Assembly (NCBI GenBank): GCA_041640595.1
Contig: JBEPZY010000001.1
Location: forward strand, 672,001 to 736,000
Source of the DNA: Gemmatales bacterium
GTDB taxonomy: Bacteria > Planctomycetota > Planctomycetia > Gemmatales > HRBIN36
Direction of reading: 5' to 3'
Length of the DNA: 64,000 bases
The notes below the pieces were generated by a model, which saw nothing but the letters and a program-made list of their open reading frames with translations, had not been told where the DNA came from and did not search any database. A program made the translations under genes and the position numbers. Shown here piece after piece: positions 20,224-31,544 of the stretch; within the stretch, counting starts at the first letter, position 1, and the number at the start of each line of letters is the position of its first letter.

Positions 20224-21597
20224 TCATCGGATTGCTTCGGGTTCAGAGGAGCTTGGTGGAGTTTGCGGCGGCCGGAAAAACAGAGCAAGCACAAGTGCCG
20301 CCGTAAAGGCTACACCGGCTGGCCAAAGTAGCATGTCTTGGAATTTATATTCCAGGCTGCCCTGGGGTTCGGGCAGCTTGTAAGCTTCACCAAGCTGAGC
20401 GGCAGCAAAGTTCCCCAAAAAAAACCCTATTCCCAGGATTAGGACGTTATATAGACCTTGAGCGCTGGAGCGGGCATCCTTAGGGAAATATTGATCCACA
20501 AAAATATAGACCGTAGCGAAAAAGAATGCGTAACAGATGCCGTGCAAGAGATTAGCTGCAATAGCCACCCAGGGATAAGGCCAAAGAGCGAAAGCCGTGA
20601 AACGGATAGCATGGCCCAGAATGCCCAGGGTCATGGTCCACCGCCAGCCGAGACGTTTTAGAGTCCAGCCGAGAATGGCCATGGTGAAAATTTCTGCAAT
20701 CTGGCCGACGCTCATGACCGGCATGACCCAGTTGCCGGGAATGCCAACGGCTTGCTCTAAATAACGCTGGGCCCAGAAAAAGTACGTTTGATGAACGGCA
20801 GCATCGAAAAACGTAATTATGAACAGTAACAAGAACGCCGGTACACGCAGGTATTTGATCGCCTCGAGCCAGGCGAGGCGTTCGACAGACATGTCAGCCC
20901 GTCTCGGAGGCGTATGAGGCAGCGTCAGGCTGAATCCGGCAAGCAATAAGGAGGCCAAACCCGCAGCAATAAAAGTGTAACCTGTGGCTTGGCGAAGAGC
21001 GGCTCCCTGCTTGGACGTTCCCAATACCATGCCGAACCAATGGACAAGTTCCTCCAACCAGGTGGTCAAGTTGGTGTCGGAGAACGAGGGAAACGCTGGA
21101 ATGCGATCCCAATCGGCGAGAAGAAACACGAACGGCAAGCTGGGAGCGATCCAGCCAATGGTACCCCACAGGCGCACCAGCCCGAAATCGCGCTGGGGAT
21201 CGGGCAAATGTGTGAAGGCGATGGAATTGGTGATTGAAATGGTCGGCACGTAAAACAGAGAATGCACTAGCATTGCGAGAAAGAAGAGCCAAAACCGGAC
21301 GTCTGTTTCGAGTTTCAAGGCAGCGATGAAGGGCAGAGTCATGATTGCCAGACCGCCGACCAAATGACTAAAGGCGACGAAACGTTCAGCAGCGAAGTGG
21401 CGGTCAGCAAATTGCGTGAAGAAGAAAAGAGCCGTTACAGCGGCTATGTTGAAAGCTCCGAGGATCAGCGGTTGCTGCCACTGGGCGTTAAATTCCAGAC
21501 TTGCCAGATAACCAGGAATGAGTGGGAGCCAGGCACCCCAGATGAAGAATTCCAAAAACATCATCACGGAAAGTTTCCAGCGAGCGCCGGATGGCAT
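20224..21597 (-). CDS. MFS transporter, nucleoside:H+ symporter (NupG/XapB-like) family
   Basis: LSVMMFLEFFIWGAW, RLWGTIGW, GQIAEI, LHGICYAFFF motifs. Confidence 0.9.
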   Translation of the reverse strand: MPSGARWKLSVMMFLEFFIWGAWLPLIPGYLASLEFNAQWQQPLILGAFNIAAVTALFFFTQFADRHFAAERFVAFSHLVGGLAIMTLPFIAALKLETDVRFWLFFLAMLVHSLFYVPTISITNSIAFTHLPDPQRDFGLVRLWGTIGWIAPSLPFVFLLADWDRIPAFPSFSDTNLTTWLEELVHWFGMVLGTSKQGAALRQATGYTFIAAGLASLLLAGFSLTLPHTPPRRADMSVERLAWLEAIKYLRVPAFLLLFIITFFDAAVHQTYFFWAQRYLEQAVGIPGNWVMPVMSVGQIAEIFTMAILGWTLKRLGWRWTMTLGILGHAIRFTAFALWPYPWVAIAANLLHGICYAFFFATVYIFVDQYFPKDARSSAQGLYNVLILGIGFFLGNFAAAQLGEAYKLPEPQGSLEYKFQDMLLWPAGVAFTAALVLALFFRPPQTPPSSSEPEAIR

Positions 21598-21719
21598 GGG
21601 AGTTCCTCCGAGTTCTTCTAGCGTGGCAGGAAGGGCTGACTGAACCTATGTTGTAATGCCAGATAGGGTAGAGCGGCAACACAAAAATGCAGCCATGGAA
21701 TTGCTGCAGGGAGGAAAGT

Positions 21720-24215
21720 ATGCAATGGCTGGCGGCAGGTTTGCTGGCATTGGTGGCCAGCAGTCTCTGGCTGGGTTGGAGGAACTGGTGGCGGCGTGGC
21801 TTGCCGCAACTCAGTGGCCGCATCGTCATGCCCGGACTACGGGCCCCAGTGGAAATTCTCCGCGACCGCTGGGGCGTACCACACATCTTCGCAACCAGCG
21901 AACAGGACCTAGTGTTTGCGCAGGGCGTGGTACATGCTCAAGACCGGCTCTGGCAAATGGAAATGTTCCGCCGGCTTGGTCATGGTCGTCTCAGCGAAAT
22001 TTTCGGGGAAGCGGCTTTGCTTCTGGACAAGCCTGCCCGCATCCTGGGCTGGAGTGAATCGGCCGAGCGGGACTGGCAAAGCCTTGACGAATCCACGCGG
22101 CAATTGTTGCAGAGCTACGCTAACGGGGTAAATGCGATGCTGATTCGTATGACAAGAAAGCTACCCCCAGAATTCCGTTTGCTGCGTTATTTGCCGGAAC
22201 CCTGGCAACCGACGGATACACTTGTGTGGTCAAAAGTCATGAGTTGGGGCCTGTCCGTGAACTGGATTTCCGAGGTATTGCATTCGGTGCTGGTATCACG
22301 ATTGGGAGCACAACGCGCTGCCGAGTTAGTAGAGGAATATCCGCTGGAGCATCCAGTGATCATGGCGGAGCAAACCGTGCGGCAGTTTGCGGAAGAATTA
22401 CATGCAGAACTCAGTTTGCCGGAACAGCTGGCGGGCTGGCCAGCACTAGGTATGCTGAGCAATGCCTGGGTGGTTAGTGGTCAGCGAAGCGAAAGCGGAT
22501 TTCCCTTGCTGGCCGGGGATCCGCACTTAAGTGTTCAAATGCCTGGCTTGTGGTACGAATGCCACCTGCAATGTCCGCAATGGGAGGTGATAGGAGCAGG
22601 AATTGCTGGAGCGCCGGGAATTGTTATCGGCCATAATGCCGATATTGCCTGGTCGCTAACGGCCGCTTTGCCCGACACGCAAGACCTGTACTGGGAACGT
22701 ATTCGCCAGAATGGAAGTTTGGAGGTGGAGCATTGCGGACAGTGGAAATCCGTTGAGGTACGCCATGTGCCCATTCGTGTGCGTGGCTGGAAAAGACCCG
22801 CCTGGGTGGATGTAATTCGCACCCGACACGGCCCAATTATCAATGCTTTATTGCCGTCACGGTCGTCGCCAGCACAATGGTTTCCAGAAAGGATACGCAC
22901 ACTGTTTGAACCGCTGGCGCTAAGACACACGGCCGATGAACCAAACCTGATCGCTCGCGCTATCCTCAAGTTGAACCGTGCCCGAAACTGGGAGGAATTT
23001 CGTGAAGCGCTGCGCGACTGGACGAGTCCGCCGCAATGTTTCATCTACGCCGACCGTATGGGCAACATCGGCTTCCAAATGGCCGGCCTAGTGCCAGTCC
23101 GGCGACAGGGATTCGGTCAGATTCCCAAGCCCGGTTGGACGGATGAGTATGAGTGGCAGGGCTGGATACCATTCGAGCAGTTACCGCACGAGTATAACCC
23201 ACCACGTGGATGGATCGTTTCGGCCAATCACGCTGTTGCGGGTAAGGAATATCCGTATTTTTTGACGCGAGAACCGCTGAATGGTTATCGGGCCAAACGC
23301 ATTATTGAACTGTTGCAATCCCAGCCGCGCCATAACCTCCAGAGCTTTCGGCGCATTCAGCTTGACCAGCACTGCGATGCGGCAAGGCCATTCCTGGAAA
23401 TGGTGCGACAGCATAGCGAGCAACTGGTACAAAACTCCCGTGTCCGCAGTTACGGGCAGCTGGCCGCGAATGCACTGCAAGCGTTCTTGAGCTGGGATTT
23501 GGTGCTGGACTCGCAAAGTGTCGGCGGCACCATTTACGAGGTGTGGTTGCAGTTCGTATGCGAGAGATTGTATCGGCCATGGTTGGGAGAATGGACGCCG
23601 TTTTTCCTGGGCCTGGGATTTCATCCTGTGTTGAATCCGGCGGCATTACCGTTTCTGGATCGCTCTGCCCTCACAGCCATTCGCCTGCTGTCTTCGCCAA
23701 CAGCGGCTGGCTGGTGCCGGGATGAATCCGGGCAGCCGTGTTCCGTTACCGAATTGCTCGCGCTGGCCTTCGCCGATACGCTTGCTTACCTTTCTAAGAG
23801 ACTTGGCAGGGGGGTTCATCGCTGGCAATGGGGTAAACTGCACCGCGTGGAATTCCGCCATGTTCTGGGCCAGCAAAAACTGCTCGGCCGGTTTTTCAAT
23901 CGCGGCCCGTATGCCTACGGAGGCGATGTCAATACTGTCTGGCAGGCGTCGTTTACTCCCAACTGGCTCACGGGCACGCCCCAGGGTTTTACAGCTTCCT
24001 ACCGGCAGTTGTTCGACCTGACGGACTGGGATAGCGCCCTGGCTATCCATACCACCGGACAAAGCGGTCATCCCGCCAGCCGGCACTATGATGACTTCAT
24101 TCCGCTCTGGCTGAAAGGCGAGTATCACCCCTTGCTATGGTCGCGGCAAAAAATTGAACAATTCCTGGAAGGGCGGCTCGTCTTAGAACCGGCGACGTCG
24201 GAGGAAACAGCATGA
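21720..24215 (+). CDS. Penicillin acylase family Ntn-hydrolase
   Basis: [26 protein letters not shown] (nucleophile Ser), [21 protein letters not shown] 21720 after GGAGG. Confidence 0.93.
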   Translation: MQWLAAGLLALVASSLWLGWRNWWRRGLPQLSGRIVMPGLRAPVEILRDRWGVPHIFATSEQDLVFAQGVVHAQDRLWQMEMFRRLGHGRLSEIFGEAALLLDKPARILGWSESAERDWQSLDESTRQLLQSYANGVNAMLIRMTRKLPPEFRLLRYLPEPWQPTDTLVWSKVMSWGLSVNWISEVLHSVLVSRLGAQRAAELVEEYPLEHPVIMAEQTVRQFAEELHAELSLPEQLAGWPALGMLSNAWVVSGQRSESGFPLLAGDPHLSVQMPGLWYECHLQCPQWEVIGAGIAGAPGIVIGHNADIAWSLTAALPDTQDLYWERIRQNGSLEVEHCGQWKSVEVRHVPIRVRGWKRPAWVDVIRTRHGPIINALLPSRSSPAQWFPERIRTLFEPLALRHTADEPNLIARAILKLNRARNWEEFREALRDWTSPPQCFIYADRMGNIGFQMAGLVPVRRQGFGQIPKPGWTDEYEWQGWIPFEQLPHEYNPPRGWIVSANHAVAGKEYPYFLTREPLNGYRAKRIIELLQSQPRHNLQSFRRIQLDQHCDAARPFLEMVRQHSEQLVQNSRVRSYGQLAANALQAFLSWDLVLDSQSVGGTIYEVWLQFVCERLYRPWLGEWTPFFLGLGFHPVLNPAALPFLDRSALTAIRLLSSPTAAGWCRDESGQPCSVTELLALAFADTLAYLSKRLGRGVHRWQWGKLHRVEFRHVLGQQKLLGRFFNRGPYAYGGDVNTVWQASFTPNWLTGTPQGFTASYRQLFDLTDWDSALAIHTTGQSGHPASRHYDDFIPLWLKGEYHPLLWSRQKIEQFLEGRLVLEPATSEETA

Positions 24216-25408
24216 CTGCTGTGCGCATGGCCGAACATTTGCGAGGACAACTGGAGCAATTACGCCAAACAGGCCTGTACAAGACCGAACGCGTCATCAC
24301 CTCCCCGCAAGGAGCGGAGATCAAAACGGCAGGCCGACAGGTTCTGAATTTTTGTGCCAACAATTACCTCGGTCTGGCTACTCACCCGGCTCTGGTTAAG
24401 GCTGCGCAACAAGCGCTGGATAAGGCCGGTTTTGGTATGGCTTCGGTGCGCTTTATCTGCGGCACCCACGAACTGCACAAACAACTCGAAACCGCTATCG
24501 CCCAATTTTATCAAAAGGACGACGCTATCCTGTACACTTCCTGTTTTGATGCGAACGGAGGTTTCTTCGAAGCGTTGCTCGGTGAAGAGGACACCGTTCT
24601 GAGCGATGAGTTGAACCACGCCAGTATTATTGACGGTATCCGTCTGTGCAAAGCGAAACGGCGACGGTACCGGCATTCCGACATGGGCGACCTTGAGGCC
24701 GGGCTTAAAGAAGCCCAGAGCAGTCGTTTTCGAGTAATCGTAACCGATGGTGTCTTTTCTATGGATGGTGATCTAGCGCGGTTGCCAGATATTTGCGAGT
24801 TAGCCGACAAATACGACGCTCTGGTCATGGTGGATGACAGTCATGCTACAGGTGTGCTGGGAAAACATGGACGTGGCACGGCGGAATTGCTGGGTGTCGA
24901 GCAACGTGTGGATGTGATTACGAGTACGCTGGGCAAAGCGCTTGGTGGAGCGGTAGGCGGTTTCACTGTCGCGCGCCGGGAAATCGTCGAATGGTTGCGC
25001 CAGCGCTCGCGACCGTATCTATTTTCCAACGCATTACCTCCTGCCGTATGTGCTGCCACACTTGCTGCGTTGCAGATTGTTAGCAGCGAGGAAGGTAAGC
25101 GCCTGCGTCAGCGTTTGAACGAGCACGCTGAATGGTTGCGGCAATCGCTGACCAAGGCCGGTTTCACACTCAAACCGGGCCAGCATCCGATCATTCCGGT
25201 CATGCTCGGGGAGGCGGCACTGGCGGTGCGTATGGCCGATGATTTGCTGCAAGAAGGCATTTACGTGATCGGTTTCAGTTACCCCGTTGTGCCGCAGGGT
25301 CAGGCACGAATACGTATCCAGGTCTCGGCACTTCACGAGCAAGAAGATTTGGAACGGGCTGTTGCCGCCTTTTGCCATGTCGGTCGCAAGCTCGGTGTGA
25401 TTCCTTGA
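24212..25408 (+). CDS. kbl: Glycine C-acetyltransferase (2-amino-3-ketobutyrate CoA ligase)
   Basis: [35 protein letters not shown] (PLP Lys), [11 protein letters not shown]. Confidence 0.95.
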   Translation: MTAVRMAEHLRGQLEQLRQTGLYKTERVITSPQGAEIKTAGRQVLNFCANNYLGLATHPALVKAAQQALDKAGFGMASVRFICGTHELHKQLETAIAQFYQKDDAILYTSCFDANGGFFEALLGEEDTVLSDELNHASIIDGIRLCKAKRRRYRHSDMGDLEAGLKEAQSSRFRVIVTDGVFSMDGDLARLPDICELADKYDALVMVDDSHATGVLGKHGRGTAELLGVEQRVDVITSTLGKALGGAVGGFTVARREIVEWLRQRSRPYLFSNALPPAVCAATLAALQIVSSEEGKRLRQRLNEHAEWLRQSLTKAGFTLKPGQHPIIPVMLGEAALAVRMADDLLQEGIYVIGFSYPVVPQGQARIRIQVSALHEQEDLERAVAAFCHVGRKLGVIP

Positions 25409-25442
25409 GTTCCGCGAACCGACGGGTTTTCCATAACGTGGG

Positions 25443-25539
25443 GCTGAGAGCGATTTTGAATCCTGTCGAAACAGGGATGCCTCGGCTCGCAGATACACTG
25501 ACTGCCTAGCGGAGAGCGTTCCTGGCTCCTGTCGAAACA
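25443..25539. repeat. Degenerate 31-nt direct repeat pair with a 66-nt period
   Basis: 25443-25473 gctgagagcgattttgaatcctgtcgaaaca vs 25509-25539 gcggagagcgttcctggctcctgtcgaaaca; 25/31 identical. Confidence 0.7.
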
Positions 25540-25695
25540 CCCGCCCCATCTTCGCTCAGTAGTGTCCGGTTCGACCTGAACCAAGGTTTGGGAGAATCAG
25601 GTCTGAACCATAACTGGAGGTCTGGGGAGTTCCTGGGGAATCTCTTACACTAATCGCAAGGCTGGTAATGATGGGTGAGCCAGAAGGAGGCTGTG

Positions 25696-28600
25696 ATGCC
25701 GCGGTCGAACCGATTCTACACCTGCATAGCTGGACTGGTGCTGACGCTGACTTTGTTCACACTTGGTGCTTTCCTGAAAGCCAGCCGACTTGACGGCGGG
25801 CAGTACGTTGGTGCACCGCCACCTCCGAAGCCAAGCCGTGAGTCTCCGCTGAATCCCGAGGAAGAGCGAGCGACGTTCAGCTTACCGCCAGGATTTACCG
25901 TTGAACTGATAGCCAGTGAACCGGATGTTCCCAAGCCCATAACCGTGGTGTGGGACAGCGCGGGGCGAATGTGGACAATGACCGCCGTTGAATATCCCGT
26001 GGATGCGAATGACGATCCCCAAAAGGCGGAAGCTTTGTTTGCCCAGGGAGGTCGGGATCGGGTGTTGGTGTTCGATTCTCCTTACGGTGTCGGCCCGCAC
26101 AAGCCGCGCGTGTTTGCCGATGGGCTGGCCATACCCCTGGGTTTGTTGCCTTACCGGGACGGCGCCTTTGTGCAATATGGTCGGGAAATATGGTTCCTGC
26201 GCGACACCGACGGAGACGGCCGGGCCGACAAACGCGAAGTTGTGCTGCGGGGTTTTGGCATTCAGGATTCGCACCTGTTTCCTCACCAATTCACTCGTGG
26301 GCCGGGTAACTGGATTTATTTTGCCCAGGGTGCCTTCAACCGTTCCCTGGTGCAGACGCGAGACGGTCAGCAGGTGCGCCTCGATTACTGCAAAATGGCC
26401 CGCTTTCAACCGGATGGCACGCGACTGCAACTGGTGGCCTGCGGCCTGAACAACATTTGGGGTTTTGTCATTAATCGCCAGGGTGAAATGTTCATTCAGG
26501 AAGCCAACGATCTGGGCTATAGTGTCGTTCCGCTGCTGGTGGGCAGCAATTTCCCCGGCCATGCTATGGAGAAGCTCCGTCCTTATGCACCATGGCAACC
26601 AGCGCTGTGCGACCATTTTCGACTCGGCGGCACTGGTTTGTCCGGTCTGGCTTATGCGGAAGACGAAGACGTCTGGCCGGAACCTTATCGCGGCGTGTTT
26701 TACGTGGCCAATCCCATCCTGCAACGCATTCAGGCTATCCGCATGCATCGCGCTGGACCTGGATTTCGATTCGAGAAACTGCCCGACTTTATGCTTTGTA
26801 GCGACGAGTGGTTTCGTCCGGTGGCCATTCATTTTGGCCCCGATGGGTGCCTCTACGTGGTGGACTGGTACAACAAGATTATCTCGCACAACGAAGTTCC
26901 CCGCAACCATCCCGAACGCGACAAAATCCGAGGCCGCATCTGGCGTATTCGGCACGTCGAGCAAAAGCGCAGGGACGTTCCTAACCTTCAAAAAGCTAGC
27001 GAGGCGGATTTGTTGCAGCACTTGAAAGCGGCTAACAGCTGGGAAAGCCGATCGGCCTGGCAGGAAATCGTAGATCGGCAAGCGGCAAACCTGGCTCCTA
27101 CTTTGCAAGCCTGGGCCCGTGATGCTTCCCAGCCTGCCGATTTGCGAATCCAATGTTTGTGGGCCCTGGAAGGTTTGCGGAAAGCACCGCTGGAATTGTT
27201 GTGCCAGATGCTGGAGGACCGCAACCGCAATATCCGCCGTGAAGCGGTACGCATTCTGGGGACGCAAAATTTCGACCCGGAAGCGGTTGTGCGTTCGCTG
27301 AAAACGCTGGCCGATGACCCTGACCCCCAGGTTCGGGCCGAGGTGATTCATACCCTCGATGGTCTGGCTTCTCTGCCGCAAGAAGGAGTTGCCCTTCTGG
27401 TGCACATGGGCAAGGAAAAGCTGCCGGGGCCGACTATGAAACTGCAACAGGGAGGCGTAACTGCGAAAGTAGGTCCAGCTCATGACCGCGACTTTGAGCG
27501 TTATCTGGTTCGTGCTGCCCTGGAAAAGCGTCCGCAGTTGGTGCGACAATTCTTGCAAAGTCCTGCGGCGCAGGCTGTGCCAGCCGAGAATCGGTTGCTG
27601 GCCATCCTGGCTTTGCCACCAGCCGAATCCGCGCGTTTGCTGGCGAGCGAGTTGTCCCGCTTACCGCGACTTCCCGACGAGGAAGAACTTTTGCGCCTCG
27701 CGGAAGTGGCAGATGAACCTAGCGTAGCTACTCTTTTGCGTCGCTACTTACGACAGCAAGAGTGCCTGGACATGGTCATGCGGCATCGCCTGCAGTTGAG
27801 CCGAAAGATACAACCATTGCTTGCGGAGACTGCCCAGCGACTCTGGCAGGGCAACGCTCAGGAACGGCAACTCGCAATCCGGTTAACGACAGCTTTCCAG
27901 TTAGCCGAGATGAAACAAGCGTTGCTCAATCTGGTACAATCCGAAACCGCACCGGTTCCTGAAAAAGTAGCTGCATTACGGGCCCTGCGAGAACTGCAGA
28001 TGGCTCCGGGAGATGTATTAGCTCGTCTCATTCGCCAGCTTCCTCCGGGCGAGCTTCGCAGCGAAATGGTACTGGCACTGGCGGATTCTAACGATCCGCC
28101 AGCTCCGGAGCGGTTTTTGGAATTGCTTCCCTTCCTCAATCAGAAAGAGCGCCAGCTCGGTCTGGAGCGTTTGATTAGCCACCGTCGCGGTGCTGCAGCA
28201 GTTGTGCGATCGCTGCGGCAGGGCACTCTGGAAGACGACTGGCTCGATGGGCCGATGCTGGAAAGGCTGCAGATCGTGCTTGGGCAGAACCAGGAACTCG
28301 CTTCGTTTCTGAAGAGCAAGGCAAAGTTTTTCCGACCGGTTCTGCTACTGGATGGTCGGGACGACGCTTACGTGGATGAACCCATCACCTTGCGAGGTGA
28401 GTTCACCGTGGAAACCTGGGTTCGACTCGATCCGCCGATCACGAATGCGGATAGTATTCTGGGACGTCCTGGGGTGGCCGATTTCAATTTCCATGATGCT
28501 CGCTTCCGGGTTTGGTGCGGGCCGAAGATCGGCGATGTCCTCATCGCCAAGCGGACTATCGCCCCGCTGGTCTGGACGCACGTGGCAGTTACGCGAAACT

Positions 28601-29379
28601 CCCAGGGCCATTTTGCCATTTACATCAACGGGGAACTCGATAACGACCGCGGTCGTCCTTTTGCGGGCGAGCTGGCAGAGCTGCGTTTAGGACATAGTAA
28701 TCCCCCGCAGGGCACAGCAGGAGCGTTTGCCGAATTCCGTATCTGGAGCCGTGCTCGTACTGCTGAGGAAATCCGCCGGGATTTCGATCGTAGCTACGCC
28801 GACCAACCGCGTCCGCCCGAACTGGTGCGCTATTATCACGACGAACATTGGGGAAGACTGCATGGCAGTGCTCGCATTGCTCGAACAACGGATTTTCCAC
28901 CCATTCTCACCGCCGCCGAGGTACGGCAGCTGGACGAGAAGTTCTCGCGGTATCGGCAACTGGCGAGTCGGGCCGGTGACGCGGAACGCGGTCGGCAGGT
29001 GTTTGCCAAGCACTGTCTGGCCTGCCATAGTGTCGGTAACGAAGGGGGCCAGATTGGCCCGACCCTGAGCGGAGCAGGAGCCATGACTACGGAAGCTCTG
29101 CTTCGCAGTTTACTGACGCCCAGTGCTGCTGTGGAATCCGGTTATCGGCTCTACCGTGTGGAATTACGCAATGGCACCCTGCTGGAAGGGTTCCTGGTTC
29201 GCCAGGATGAAAATGAACTTGTCCTCCGGCGCCCGGGTGAACAGGATCGGCGGATTGCGATGTCGGAAGTGTATCGTTCCGGCTTCACACGGCGGAGCGT
29301 TATGCCCGATGGCCTGCTGGAAGCCATGACCGCCGAAGAGGTGGCCGACTTGTTCAGCTACCTTCGCACACTGAAATGA
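25696..29379 (+). CDS. PVC-type membrane-bound dehydrogenase / heme-binding protein (beta-propeller, HEAT repeats, LamG-like domain, cytochrome c)
   Basis: FSLPPGFTVELIASEP, DTDGDGRADKREV, GPDGCLYVVDWYN, FTVETWVR...WTHVAVTR (LamG), CLACH...IGPTLS...SVMPDGL; AGGAGG before ATG 25696. Confidence 0.9.
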   Translation: MPRSNRFYTCIAGLVLTLTLFTLGAFLKASRLDGGQYVGAPPPPKPSRESPLNPEEERATFSLPPGFTVELIASEPDVPKPITVVWDSAGRMWTMTAVEYPVDANDDPQKAEALFAQGGRDRVLVFDSPYGVGPHKPRVFADGLAIPLGLLPYRDGAFVQYGREIWFLRDTDGDGRADKREVVLRGFGIQDSHLFPHQFTRGPGNWIYFAQGAFNRSLVQTRDGQQVRLDYCKMARFQPDGTRLQLVACGLNNIWGFVINRQGEMFIQEANDLGYSVVPLLVGSNFPGHAMEKLRPYAPWQPALCDHFRLGGTGLSGLAYAEDEDVWPEPYRGVFYVANPILQRIQAIRMHRAGPGFRFEKLPDFMLCSDEWFRPVAIHFGPDGCLYVVDWYNKIISHNEVPRNHPERDKIRGRIWRIRHVEQKRRDVPNLQKASEADLLQHLKAANSWESRSAWQEIVDRQAANLAPTLQAWARDASQPADLRIQCLWALEGLRKAPLELLCQMLEDRNRNIRREAVRILGTQNFDPEAVVRSLKTLADDPDPQVRAEVIHTLDGLASLPQEGVALLVHMGKEKLPGPTMKLQQGGVTAKVGPAHDRDFERYLVRAALEKRPQLVRQFLQSPAAQAVPAENRLLAILALPPAESARLLASELSRLPRLPDEEELLRLAEVADEPSVATLLRRYLRQQECLDMVMRHRLQLSRKIQPLLAETAQRLWQGNAQERQLAIRLTTAFQLAEMKQALLNLVQSETAPVPEKVAALRALRELQMAPGDVLARLIRQLPPGELRSEMVLALADSNDPPAPERFLELLPFLNQKERQLGLERLISHRRGAAAVVRSLRQGTLEDDWLDGPMLERLQIVLGQNQELASFLKSKAKFFRPVLLLDGRDDAYVDEPITLRGEFTVETWVRLDPPITNADSILGRPGVADFNFHDARFRVWCGPKIGDVLIAKRTIAPLVWTHVAVTRNSQGHFAIYINGELDNDRGRPFAGELAELRLGHSNPPQGTAGAFAEFRIWSRARTAEEIRRDFDRSYADQPRPPELVRYYHDEHWGRLHGSARIARTTDFPPILTAAEVRQLDEKFSRYRQLASRAGDAERGRQVFAKHCLACHSVGNEGGQIGPTLSGAGAMTTEALLRSLLTPSAAVESGYRLYRVELRNGTLLEGFLVRQDENELVLRRPGEQDRRIAMSEVYRSGFTRRSVMPDGLLEAMTAEEVADLFSYLRTLK

Positions 29380-29543
29380 ATCCCCTTGCCACACTCCGCT
29401 GCTGCGGATAGGCTACATGGTACGGGGTGGTGGTCTTTGATAGCAAGACGTGATTGCGACGCGGGGTGGTGGTGTCGCAATGTCCATGTTTCGGCGGCTC
29501 GCTGTCACAATTTCCAGGTCGTCTAATCAGGAGGAGCTGTACC

Positions 29544-30500
29544 ATGTCTTGCACACGTCCTAACCCCAGAGCATTTACATTGATTGAGTTGCTGGTGGTG
29601 ATCGCCATTATCGGGCTGCTGATGGCCTTACTCTTACCAGCGATCCAGCGAGTCCGCGAGGCATCGAATCGCATGCGCTGCGGCAACAATCTGTCGCAAA
29701 TTGCCATTGCTTTTCATAACCACCACAACGATTTCGGTTACTTCCCGACCGGTGGTACTTCAATCAATAACGATCCGGGAACAACTGCAGATTTTACCCT
29801 GCCGCGAACCTTTATTGGTGGCCAGCCTGCCACTGGGCCGAATCAAGCCTGGGGGTGGGCTTATCAGATTTTGCCGTACATCGAACAGCGGGACCTATGG
29901 CTCAACCCCAATGACGCAACGGTAAGACAAACGCCGATCCCGTTGTACTTCTGCCCGTCTCGCAGGCGACCAGGAGTAGATGTGAACGGTATAGCACAAA
30001 TAGATTACGCCGGTAACGGTGGAGCCTTTGAAGGGCAATCGGGGCTGTTCGCGCCGGGCTGGGGTGCTGTCGTTATCCGACATGCCAGTGGGGCCATCGT
30101 TACCCGGACGCCCAGCGAGTCGCCTCCATTCGAGCGTGTCGTAACGCTGGATAGCGGATTCCCTGATGGTACCTCCAACACGTTCCTGGCAGGTGAAAAG
30201 TACGTCCGCAGAACTCAGTACCAACGCGGGCCACACGAAGACCGCGATAGCTTTGCCGCCGGATTCGTTTGCGACACGGTGCGCTGGGCCCGCGCTCCCA
30301 ACCAGAATTTACCCCAGCCGCTGGTGGACGACACCGGAGACGCTCCGCGTCGGTTTGGTTCCGCCCATGTTGCCCGCGTCAACTTTGTGTTTGTCGATCG
30401 CTCCGTCCGTGCCCTCAGTTACCGAATTGATATGACCATCTTTTACCTCCTTGCCGTCAAAGAAGACGGCCAGCAAATCAACCTCTCCCTCATCCAGTAG
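29544..30500 (+). CDS. DUF1559-family protein with prepilin-type N-terminus
   Basis: [56 protein letters not shown] before ATG 29544. Confidence 0.92.
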   Translation: MSCTRPNPRAFTLIELLVVIAIIGLLMALLLPAIQRVREASNRMRCGNNLSQIAIAFHNHHNDFGYFPTGGTSINNDPGTTADFTLPRTFIGGQPATGPNQAWGWAYQILPYIEQRDLWLNPNDATVRQTPIPLYFCPSRRRPGVDVNGIAQIDYAGNGGAFEGQSGLFAPGWGAVVIRHASGAIVTRTPSESPPFERVVTLDSGFPDGTSNTFLAGEKYVRRTQYQRGPHEDRDSFAAGFVCDTVRWARAPNQNLPQPLVDDTGDAPRRFGSAHVARVNFVFVDRSVRALSYRIDMTIFYLLAVKEDGQQINLSLIQ

Positions 30501-30740
30501 AAAATCGGGCTAAACAGGCAACGGGACGATTTTCCCCGTTTTGGCCCGGCTGGGTGCGGTACCTTTCCTTTGCGCGTCCAGGCATTCGCTCCTCTTTGCG
30601 GTCGTGGAGTGTATTCTAAATTGCGGTCTGGAGCACGGGTCGGATTTCGCGCTAAAAACGCAAAACTACGACCTATCTGCCTGTATCGGCTGCACGGGCA
30701 AGCAAGGAGTCGGCTCGAGCTACCAGTAAGGGGAGGGCAA

Positions 30741-31544
30741 ATGGACTTACCTTTTTTGAATCAGGTGGTACTCATCACCGGAGCGGCGCACGGACTGGGT
30801 CGTCAACTGGCGCTGGAGATGGCGACTGGTGGGGCAGTGGTTGCCGCAATTGACCGCGATGTTGCACCGATGGATAGTCTGATGGCGGAGTTGAAAACGC
30901 GCGGTCGCACTGGCGGTTATGCACAAGCGGATGTCACGGATCGAACTGGTTTGTTTCAGGCAGTAGCCGACCTGGAACGCCGACTCGGCCCGATAGAAAT
31001 CCTTATCGCTAATGCCGGCATCGGCTGTCCTACCCCGGCCACTGCTTTCGATGCCGATGCGTTTGCCCGACAAATCGAAGTGAACCTGATTGGTGTGGCG
31101 AATAGCATTGCCGCCGTGTTGCCAGGAATGCTGGAACGCAAACGCGGCCATCTCGTGGCCATCTCCAGTTTGGCTTCGTTCCGCGGTCTGGCTTTTCTTG
31201 GCGGTTATTGCGCCAGCAAGGCGGGAGTGAATGCCCTGATGGAGAGTTTGCGTCTGGAACTGGCCCCACGCAACATCCACTGCACCATTGTTAGTCCGGG
31301 CTGGATTCGCACCAATCTTACCGCCCATTTACCGCTTCCCAAACCGGATATTATGCCTGTCGAAGAAGCGGCCCGGCTTATAGTCAGGGCTATCCGACAG
31401 CGCAAGGCCTTTTATGCGTTTCCCTGGACAACGGCCTGGGTACTGCGACTGTGTCGTATGCTGCCGCCCGGTCTCAGCGATTGGTTGTTGCGTTCTTATG
31501 GCCGGCGATTGCAGCGACGCTTGGCCCGTCTCACTCCACAGTAA
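30741..31544 (+). CDS. Short-chain dehydrogenase/reductase
   Basis: TGAAHGLG, NAG, YCASK; ATG 30741 after GGAGG. Confidence 0.92.
   Translation: MDLPFLNQVVLITGAAHGLGRQLALEMATGGAVVAAIDRDVAPMDSLMAELKTRGRTGGYAQADVTDRTGLFQAVADLERRLGPIEILIANAGIGCPTPATAFDADAFARQIEVNLIGVANSIAAVLPGMLERKRGHLVAISSLASFRGLAFLGGYCASKAGVNALMESLRLELAPRNIHCTIVSPGWIRTNLTAHLPLPKPDIMPVEEAARLIVRAIRQRKAFYAFPWTTAWVLRLCRMLPPGLSDWLLRSYGRRLQRRLARLTPQ

Noticed and set aside
25443..25539. Calling the 31-nt repeat pair a CRISPR array
   Set aside because: Only two copies with 6 mismatches, no third unit at +/-66 nt and no cas genes; kept only as a repeat and a finding.
25520..25550. Minus-strand GGGGCGGGTGTTTCGACAGG resembles a tmRNA 5' end
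   Set aside because: No matching 3' T-arm/CCA end or tag reading frame was found, and a full-length tmRNA would run into kbl.
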